DNA of 32,000 nucleotides from an uncultured archaeon (GTDB lineage: Archaea; Asgardarchaeota; Jordiarchaeia; Jordiarchaeales; Jordiarchaeaceae). The stretch covers positions 1 to 32,000 of the forward strand of contig CAZECW010000003.1 in the NCBI GenBank assembly GCA_964510585.1. Direction: 5' to 3'. The position numbers and the translations under genes were made by a program. Of the stretch, positions 6,621-14,080 are shown one piece after another; the first letter of the stretch is position 1; every line of letters begins with the position of its first letter. The notes below the pieces were generated by a model. That model was given only the letters and a program-made list of their open reading frames with translations, had not been told where the DNA came from and ran no database searches.

Positions 6621-9167
6621 GTGAAAAAATATAACGCAGTGACACAGATGGACTTATATAATGTTTTAGGCCACCCTCTCAGAAGAAAAATCCTCCTATT
6701 ATTAGAAAAAGAGGGTTACATGCAGTACTCAGATCTTCTCAAGGAGCTCAACATTGAAACAACGGGACAGTTGAATTTTCACCTCACAAAGCTGGGGAAC
6801 CTAATTACCAAAGAGGGAAAGGCTTACAAGCTCTCGGAAGAAGGAAAAACGGTCATCAAAATAATGGAGTTAAATGAGAAGATTCTCTCAGGTGAAGAGA
6901 TAGAAAGAATCGAGTCTCGAAAAACTGAGTTAAGCCGCGTGGGGATACTTATCTGTACCTGTGGTTCAGAGATTGAGCAGTCAATTAGTGTTGAGGCTTT
7001 GAAGAACCGTGTGTCTCGCATAAATAATGTGGTGTCCGTTGCGGTTTTTGATAATCTTTGTCAGGAGAAGAATCAGAAGAAGATTCAGAAATGGTTTAAG
7101 GACAATTTCATAAATAAGGTGGTTATTGCTGCCTGCAGTCCTCGTACGCACTCTCATATATTTAACCGCATATTTGAGAATCTTATACCCATAACAAACA
7201 TTGATTTTGCTAATATTAGGGAGCAATTATGCTGGGTGAATTCTAAAAAGCCTGTTGAAGCCTTGGAAAAAGCGGGGTTACTCATTGAGGCTGCTGTGGA
7301 GAGGGTTATCCTTCAAAGAGAGATTAAAACCAAAACTGTTGAGGTTCAAAAAAGCGTGGCTGTTATTGGTGGGGGCATTGCGGGTATGAATTTGGCTTTA
7401 AAGTTGGCGGAGGCCGGGTTGAAAGTTTATCTTATTGAAAAGTCGCCTACTCTGGGGGGGAAGGTTGCAAGGTGGAGCAAGATTGAGGGCGTCCTAGACT
7501 GCGCATCCTGTTTCCTCTCGGAACAGATTCTGTATTTGGTGCAGGAGAAAAATATTGAGATTCTCACCAATACTGAAATTCTATCCGTTTCTGGAAATGC
7601 GGGGAACTTCACCATTGAATTGGTTCGCAAGCCACGTTACGTGGATGAAAATAAGTGTACTGGTTGTAAACGGTGTATGAGTATATGCACTATTACTAAG
7701 AAAAACGAGTATGAGTACGGTTTGGATGAGAGGAAGCTAATCTACATTCCCTTTGTTCAGGCCTATCCTTATGCGGCGACCATAGATGAGGAGGATATTG
7801 AGAAATGTAGAGAATGCCGGGTCTGTGAAAGAGCCTGTCTAAATAAAGCCATAAATCTGGATCAGAAGCCTACAACAATGACCATAAAGGTTGGGGCAAA
7901 AGTTCTGGCAATTGGCTCCGACCTTTACCAAGACTTAAAGCTTTATAATCATAACCCGCGTTGGGACATCGTCACCTCTGCGGAGTTTGAGAGAATTCTT
8001 GCCTCTGACGGTCCCACACAGGGCAATCTTGTAAAACTTTCTGATGGCAAGGCGCCGCAAAAAATTGTAATTATTCAGGGTGTGGGCGATTACAGTCTTA
8101 GTTCCGATTACTGTTACATACTGTCCAGAAAGTATCTAGAAGCGATTCGGGAGAAGCTTCCCAGCTGCGAAGTTAAAGTTTTTATAGAGAACAGTAAGAG
8201 CGCTGCAAATAGGTTGGCACTCGCTAACCTGCCGGAAACTGTTCATACTGGCAAAGTATTAGGGATAAAAGTGGAGGGCGAAAGGAAAGTGATAAGTACT
8301 GAGAGGGGAGACTTTGAATCAGACATGGTTATTCTAAACATAGGTATGGTTCCAAGTAGGGAGCTGGCTGAGCTTCGCAAAACTTTGGATTTCGCTTTTG
8401 ATGATAAGGGTTTTATGTCCAAAGAGACACTGAGCTCAGGGATTTTTGGGTGTGGGACTGTTACCGGGCCTAAAGATTATCACACGGCTATAGCGGAATC
8501 TAATGAAGTAGCTCTTCAAATAATTTCTCTATTATCAAGGGATTATTTACTTGCAGACATTAGCGGTATAGATATTGACTATGATAAGTGTGGTTTATGC
8601 GGTTTGTGTATGTCTGTCTGCCCCTTTAACGCTATATCCTGTGAAGACGACAGGATTACCATTGACGATTTCAAGTGTAAGGGCTGCGGAGTCTGCGTAA
8701 GCATTTGCCCCACAAAGGCATTGGAGATGAATGTGATAACAAGAGAAAAGATTCTCAGATCCATAGAAGTTTATAGCAAGTATAGCCACAAACCCAAAAT
8801 TATGGCTTTTTGCTGTGAGCATTGCGGGTATGCGGCGGCGGATGAGGCGGGCCTAAGGAAAATACAGTACCATCCCAATATTTTCGTTGAAATGGTTCCC
8901 TGTACTGGTAGAGTGGACACCGAGTTTATTTTAAAGGCGTTGGAAAAAGGATTCGATGGGGTGCTAGTTGTAGGGTGTAAGTATGGCTCATGCAGGTACA
9001 TAGATGGAATCAACAAGTTGGAGAAAAAAATCAAAATACTGAAAGATGTGGGAATTCCCCAAATAGAGGATAGACTGGTTCTTTCATCGCTAAACGCGGT
9101 GGAAGGCTACAGGTTCGCAGAGATAGTGAACCTAATGCAGAATAAATTGTCGGAGATGATGATGTGA
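6621..9167 (+). CDS. hdrA: Winged-HTH :: HdrA-like flavoprotein :: MvhD triple fusion (start GTG 6621, or TTG 6618 / ATG 6648)
   Basis: Residues ~10-85 are an ArsR-like wHTH (LGHPLRRKILLLL...GQLNFHL..L...Y.LSEEG). HdrA motifs: ICTCG, AACSP, NIREQ, IGGGIAG, DCASC, EFER...GP, GPKD. Four CxxCxxCxxxC motifs. C-terminal MvhD motifs: FCCxxCGYAAAD, PCTGRVD, GCxxGSCRY. Confidence 0.9.
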   Translation: MKKYNAVTQMDLYNVLGHPLRRKILLLLEKEGYMQYSDLLKELNIETTGQLNFHLTKLGNLITKEGKAYKLSEEGKTVIKIMELNEKILSGEEIERIESRKTELSRVGILICTCGSEIEQSISVEALKNRVSRINNVVSVAVFDNLCQEKNQKKIQKWFKDNFINKVVIAACSPRTHSHIFNRIFENLIPITNIDFANIREQLCWVNSKKPVEALEKAGLLIEAAVERVILQREIKTKTVEVQKSVAVIGGGIAGMNLALKLAEAGLKVYLIEKSPTLGGKVARWSKIEGVLDCASCFLSEQILYLVQEKNIEILTNTEILSVSGNAGNFTIELVRKPRYVDENKCTGCKRCMSICTITKKNEYEYGLDERKLIYIPFVQAYPYAATIDEEDIEKCRECRVCERACLNKAINLDQKPTTMTIKVGAKVLAIGSDLYQDLKLYNHNPRWDIVTSAEFERILASDGPTQGNLVKLSDGKAPQKIVIIQGVGDYSLSSDYCYILSRKYLEAIREKLPSCEVKVFIENSKSAANRLALANLPETVHTGKVLGIKVEGERKVISTERGDFESDMVILNIGMVPSRELAELRKTLDFAFDDKGFMSKETLSSGIFGCGTVTGPKDYHTAIAESNEVALQIISLLSRDYLLADISGIDIDYDKCGLCGLCMSVCPFNAISCEDDRITIDDFKCKGCGVCVSICPTKALEMNVITREKILRSIEVYSKYSHKPKIMAFCCEHCGYAAADEAGLRKIQYHPNIFVEMVPCTGRVDTEFILKALEKGFDGVLVVGCKYGSCRYIDGINKLEKKIKILKDVGIPQIEDRLVLSSLNAVEGYRFAEIVNLMQNKLSEMMM

Positions 9168-9922
9168 AACTAAAATTTTCAGCAATCTCCCTTAACTCTT
9201 GCAACGGTTGCATCTCCACCCTTACCTGTCTAGATGTTTTCCTCAACCTTGTAAAATCCGCGGAAATAGTATACTTCCCCTTTGTTGAGGACTCCTACCC
9301 CGCCACAATAAAGGAAGACGAAGAACTAAAATATTCTGACGTTACCCTTGTTGAGGGATGTGTTACCCAGAAGGATGAAGAAATATTACTGAAAAAGCTG
9401 CGAAAAGCATCCAAAAAAATAATTGCACTCGGCGCCTGCGCTATGTTTGGGGGGATAGAAAGCCTATCACAGAATGCTCGAAGGGACCCTCTCTCTAAAA
9501 TCATAGAAATCGATGGATGTATACCGGGTTGCCCCCCACCTGAAAATGTTCTGGGAGCATCTATACTTTCACTAATTGAGGGCAGGAATCTTCCCGAAGC
9601 AAGCAGGAATCTCTGTGCAGTTTGCGATTTGAGGCCCAAACTGGAAAAATTCAAAACAATCCGTATAGAGAAATTACAACCCCAAAAGTTTCCCACCAGC
9701 TGTTTCCTCGACGAAAACGTGCTCTGTTTAGGTCCGGTGACCCGTGAAGGATGCGATGCAAAGTGTATCAAAGTGGGGCTGCCCTGTGAGGGGTGTATGG
9801 GGCCTCCCAACGGTTTAGACTATACTGCTAATGTAATCAACTTCCTCTCAACACTGGAATTATCAGAAAAGTTGAGAACTTATGAAGGAATTATTTTTAG
9901 GCTTCGCCGCCCAAGGACGTGA
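9164..9922 (+). CDS. mvhG: [NiFe]-hydrogenase small subunit, MvhG/VhuG-like (group 3c-type)
   Basis: SCNGC, VEGC, LGACA, PGCPP, plus distal CAVC..CFL..CLGPVT..GC...C...PCEGCMGP. GTG start overlaps the hdrA stop by 4 nt (GTGA). Confidence 0.88.
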   Translation: MKLKFSAISLNSCNGCISTLTCLDVFLNLVKSAEIVYFPFVEDSYPATIKEDEELKYSDVTLVEGCVTQKDEEILLKKLRKASKKIIALGACAMFGGIESLSQNARRDPLSKIIEIDGCIPGCPPPENVLGASILSLIEGRNLPEASRNLCAVCDLRPKLEKFKTIRIEKLQPQKFPTSCFLDENVLCLGPVTREGCDAKCIKVGLPCEGCMGPPNGLDYTANVINFLSTLELSEKLRTYEGIIFRLRRPRT

Positions 9923-9928
9923 AATGGA

Positions 9929-11260
9929 ATGAAGAAAATTATTGAACCGGTTACAAGAATTGAGGGACACGGGAAAATAACAGTATACCTTAATGATAAG
10001 GAAGTCTCCAACGCTAATTTTGACATGTATCTACCTCGAGGATTCGAAAAAATTTTAGTGGGAAAATTGGTGGAAGATGTTCCCAGAATCACATCCCGAA
10101 TATGTGGACTCTGCTCCTCAGCACACGCAATAGCAGCCTGCAAAGCATTGGAAAAAATATATGACGTTACCCCATCTAAATCCTCCATTCTTATGAGAAA
10201 ACTCCTCCTTGCCGGAGAGCTTATAAGATCCCATGCATTGCACTTCTTTTACTTTGCACTTCCCGACCTAAAAGCATTGATAGAAAATGATTATGAAAGG
10301 TATAGTGTCCAACAGTTCTCAAAAATAGAAACAGACCTAGTTGAAAAATTGTTCAGAGTAATTAGAATTGGAAATGAGCTCCTAGACCGCATTGGGGGAA
10401 GGGTACCCCACCCAGTAACCAGCGTAGTGGGCGGAATCTCTAAAAAATTAACAGAAAAAGAAGTGGTAGGACTACAGTCTAACCTTAGAAGAGGCGCCAG
10501 CACAGTGAGAGGAATAATAGAGAAACTATTAGAGTACATGGGTAAGATTGGTGAGCCGCAAGAATTCTTCAACATGGACGAAACAGCATTTATGGCACTA
10601 AATGAAGGCGGCAACTTCAACCTATATGAAGGAAAACTCCGCATCACCAAAGAAAAAAAGATTCTGGCAGACTTCGAACCAGAACAATACACCAAATACA
10701 TAGAAATTGAGAAAAAATCACAGGGAATCCAAATTAAACTTAACGGAGAAAAGCTAGTATTAACCGGGCCCATGGCCAGAAACCAAATAATCGAGAGATA
10801 CGGGGCCTACGAAGTACACAGCTTGATGGAAGAAGTGCCCACCAGCTGGAAGGAAAGCCTTCTTTACTCAAACTTTCTCAGACTCATAGAAATACTTGCC
10901 TCGATATACGATGCAATACTCATACTCAACGAGCCAGAACTAATGGAAGAACGAGAACTTCCCCAACTCAACAAAATCGCCACACCAATAGGCATCGGAG
11001 TGGTAGAAGCACCCAGAGGAACACTAATACACCAGTACAAAGTAAACACTAAAAACACAGTTGAATCAGCAACCATCATCACCCCCACAGAACTCAACCT
11101 CCCCACCATCAACCAAAAATTACTAGAAACATGCAGAGACAGCTACCAAAACACACAAAACATAGAGAAACTAAAAGAAAACGCAAAAAGAGTCATAAGA
11201 ACATTCGACCCCTGCGTCTCATGCGCAACCCACCTAATCGTCAAAATAATCCACCAATAA
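9929..11260 (+). CDS. mvhA: [NiFe]-hydrogenase large subunit, MvhA-like
   Basis: EPVTRIEGHG, PRGFE, L1 RICGLC, EAPRGTLIH, L2 DPCVSCATH followed by an 8-aa extension. Confidence 0.9.
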   Translation: MKKIIEPVTRIEGHGKITVYLNDKEVSNANFDMYLPRGFEKILVGKLVEDVPRITSRICGLCSSAHAIAACKALEKIYDVTPSKSSILMRKLLLAGELIRSHALHFFYFALPDLKALIENDYERYSVQQFSKIETDLVEKLFRVIRIGNELLDRIGGRVPHPVTSVVGGISKKLTEKEVVGLQSNLRRGASTVRGIIEKLLEYMGKIGEPQEFFNMDETAFMALNEGGNFNLYEGKLRITKEKKILADFEPEQYTKYIEIEKKSQGIQIKLNGEKLVLTGPMARNQIIERYGAYEVHSLMEEVPTSWKESLLYSNFLRLIEILASIYDAILILNEPELMEERELPQLNKIATPIGIGVVEAPRGTLIHQYKVNTKNTVESATIITPTELNLPTINQKLLETCRDSYQNTQNIEKLKENAKRVIRTFDPCVSCATHLIVKIIHQ

Positions 11261-11555
11261 AATAACCACAGAAAGATTTCATCTCAAACAATGACACCTC
11301 AAAACACTTTTAAGATGGAAAAAATAAAAATTCAAGCATCCAAGACGGACACCAGCACCTCCAAGGCTTATGCAGCTTTATGCGTAACAGTATGGAGAGA
11401 GCTTGAGGTCCTCGGTAAAATACGCTATTTGGTCTATAACGAAGTGAAATTCAAATTCAACACAAGCCTACATCGAACAAAATATTACATAATTAGTTAT
11501 TTCGATATTGTCTTTTATACAAAGGTTTATTTTTTATTTCCACGAAAAGAAGGTT

Positions 11556-13892
11556 ATGATAACGAATCCTGATGAGTATTTGTTGAGGAGTGATAAGTGG
11601 TTCGTAGGTGGAGGAACCGCTGCTTTATGGGCTCCCTGTTTCCCGCTACATCTCGATACCTTAGGGTTTTGGGATTATGGCTACTACCTAGATCAGAAAC
11701 TTCCACACATATTCACGATAACCGTGTTAGATGAGCAGTTAAATCCTATAAACTTTAACGTAATTGAGCGAGTTTGGAGACCAAGCAGTCTCTCTCAGAA
11801 GTTCGTGGCTGAAGACCTTAGCATTGAGGAGAACAAACTTCTAACACCTACCAATGTGTTTGTTTCCCAAATGGATGTAGTAAACAATGGGAACAAGGAT
11901 AAGCGTTATCACTTCATAATGTGGACAAAGCTGGATCGTAGACCCCCGAAACTAATGCCCATCAGATTAACTTACCCATTTGACTATGAAGGACTGACCT
12001 ATACTAATCCTAAAATTATAAATAATACTGCTGTTTTTTCTCAGGAGGAGCTACATACAAACAGTGAATGCAATTACCAAGTGTGGTACGCCCTGGGAGC
12101 AAAGGAAAAACTGGATTCTTACACCATAAATTTAAGTGAAAATTTCCACATCAGCCTGGGCTCTCTAGAAGACCGACCACTATGGATAGTTACCCCCTTC
12201 CCAGAGAAGATTTCTGATGGAAAATTTAAGAATGAGGATATTCCTGAAAAACCTTTTAGCGAGTTTGGTAGCATCTATGTGGGCCTCCATTACACCATTG
12301 ACCTGCAGCCAGAGTTCCACAAATATACTTGGTTTGCTTGCAGCGTGTCCCATGATAAGGACAAGTGTTTAAATAATCTTAAAGAACTTCAAGACAAGGA
12401 TCCTCTTAAATTAAGCCGGCAGAACTGGAAAGATTTTTTCAACAGTGTACCAAGCTTCGAGTGCTCAGACCCTTATATCACCAAATATTATTGGTACCGC
12501 TGGTACGGTTTAAAACTAAACATGATAAATGTTGGCGAAAATAACCACAAGTATCCTATCATATATGAGGGGATAGGGGAGAGAGATGGAGGCTGGTTCC
12601 GACACCATATTTCATACAGTGCCCAGTGTCACATGATTGAGTGCTCCTGGATGCATGAACCCTTAGTGGCGAAGGGTTCATTGCTTGGACTTCTATCAAA
12701 TATCCATAAAAACGGAGCAATACCTGGGGGAGTGGGTTTCAAGGGAAAAACAGATGACTGGTTCATCTATCATGCAAATTATGCAAAGGGAATTTTACAA
12801 ATATACCAGATACACCCCGATATTCAATTTTTTGAACAGATTTATCAGCCTCTCGCCAAGTACGCTAAATATTTCGACAGGCAGCGAGACCAGGAGAATA
12901 GTAGTCTTTACGATGTAACTCAGCAGTACGAAACTGGTCAAGAGTATAATGCACGCTACCTGTTTGCCGAAGAAAATGCTGATAGGGATGTTACGTTTAG
13001 GCTAAAAGGTATCGACGCTACAACTTATATTTACGAGTTAAAGAAACTCTTAGCGTTTATGGCGCAGGCGCTGGGGAAAAAGGAGGAGAGTGAAAGGTGG
13101 GCTGTTGAGGCTAAAAAAATTAAGGAGAATATTTTAAAGTTTATGTGGAATCCGGAGGAACAGTTCTTCTTTGATGTGAAACCAGAAACCTTTGAACCTT
13201 CAAATGTCAAGGCAGCAGTTTGTTTCTATCCCTTTATGACCGATATAGTGGATTCTAAGCACTTAGGCGCTATATACAAACATCTCTTAAATCCAGAAGA
13301 GTTTTGGACTTCCTATCCGGTGGCCACACTTGGCAAAGACCATCCTCTTTTTAATCCTGAGGCCGAATGGAAGGGAATTCGAAAATACTGTCCTTGGAAT
13401 GGCCGAGTCTGGCCTATGACCAACAGCCACATATGTGACGTTCTGGCACGAACCGCTTACCACATAGATAACTCTCTTAAAAGCAAGACGGCCCAATTTC
13501 TAAACAAATTTATTCGAATGATGTTCTTCCAAGAGAATCCAGAATTACCAAATTGCTATGAGCACTACAATCCCTTTACAGGTTACCCCAGCAGCTACAG
13601 GGGCGTTGACGACTATATGCATTCCTGGATTGTTGATTTAATCATAAAATATATAGTGGGGTTCCAGCCTCAAACGGAAAACGAGGTGGTTCTCGACCCA
13701 CTACCATTCGACCTTGAATACTTCACCCTCAACAACTTGCTCTATAAGGGACACAAAATAAAAGTCACATGGAGAAGGAAAAAAATTGACAAAGAAAAAG
13801 AAGGATTCTGCCTCTACATTGACAATAGACTAGTAGCTAAGAAAACACAACTTGAAAAAATTAGATTAAAATTAAATAATCAAAAACAATAG
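11556..13892 (+). CDS. Glycoside hydrolase with (alpha/alpha)6 barrel, GH63/MGH1-like (trehalase/mannosylglycerate hydrolase clan)
   Basis: YETGQEYNARY (compare GH63 ESGxDNSPR), YPF, EEFWTSYPVAT, WNGRVWP, YEHYNP. Probable start is ATG 11556. Confidence 0.75.
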   Translation: MITNPDEYLLRSDKWFVGGGTAALWAPCFPLHLDTLGFWDYGYYLDQKLPHIFTITVLDEQLNPINFNVIERVWRPSSLSQKFVAEDLSIEENKLLTPTNVFVSQMDVVNNGNKDKRYHFIMWTKLDRRPPKLMPIRLTYPFDYEGLTYTNPKIINNTAVFSQEELHTNSECNYQVWYALGAKEKLDSYTINLSENFHISLGSLEDRPLWIVTPFPEKISDGKFKNEDIPEKPFSEFGSIYVGLHYTIDLQPEFHKYTWFACSVSHDKDKCLNNLKELQDKDPLKLSRQNWKDFFNSVPSFECSDPYITKYYWYRWYGLKLNMINVGENNHKYPIIYEGIGERDGGWFRHHISYSAQCHMIECSWMHEPLVAKGSLLGLLSNIHKNGAIPGGVGFKGKTDDWFIYHANYAKGILQIYQIHPDIQFFEQIYQPLAKYAKYFDRQRDQENSSLYDVTQQYETGQEYNARYLFAEENADRDVTFRLKGIDATTYIYELKKLLAFMAQALGKKEESERWAVEAKKIKENILKFMWNPEEQFFFDVKPETFEPSNVKAAVCFYPFMTDIVDSKHLGAIYKHLLNPEEFWTSYPVATLGKDHPLFNPEAEWKGIRKYCPWNGRVWPMTNSHICDVLARTAYHIDNSLKSKTAQFLNKFIRMMFFQENPELPNCYEHYNPFTGYPSSYRGVDDYMHSWIVDLIIKYIVGFQPQTENEVVLDPLPFDLEYFTLNNLLYKGHKIKVTWRRKKIDKEKEGFCLYIDNRLVAKKTQLEKIRLKLNNQKQ

Positions 13893-13959
13893 ACAAACTT
13901 ATTCTTCCTCATTCCCAATAGTTTTTAAGAATCTTAACTGGAGAAAAGGGGGGGTTCAC

Positions 13960-14075
13960 TCTTTTTTGATGGTTAGTGGCTTGGTTTTCAAAGGTCGGTG
14001 GGTTGTTGATGCTTATTTTTTTTCGTTTTGCTTTTTTTCATTTTTTTGGGTTCTTGTCTATTTTTCCCTATTTTT
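13960..14075 (+). terminator. Oligo-T-rich tract between the convergent GH and pckA genes (probable archaeal terminator region)
   Basis: Multiple T5-T9 runs downstream of the GH stop at 13892; no credible ORF. Confidence 0.35.
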
Positions 14076-14080
14076 TGTTT

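Noticed and set aside
11291-11572. 93-aa ORF between mvhA and the glycoside hydrolase, considered as a hydrogenase maturation factor or MvhB
   Set aside because: No protease or ferredoxin motifs, no RBS, and it runs through the AT-rich promoter region into the next gene.
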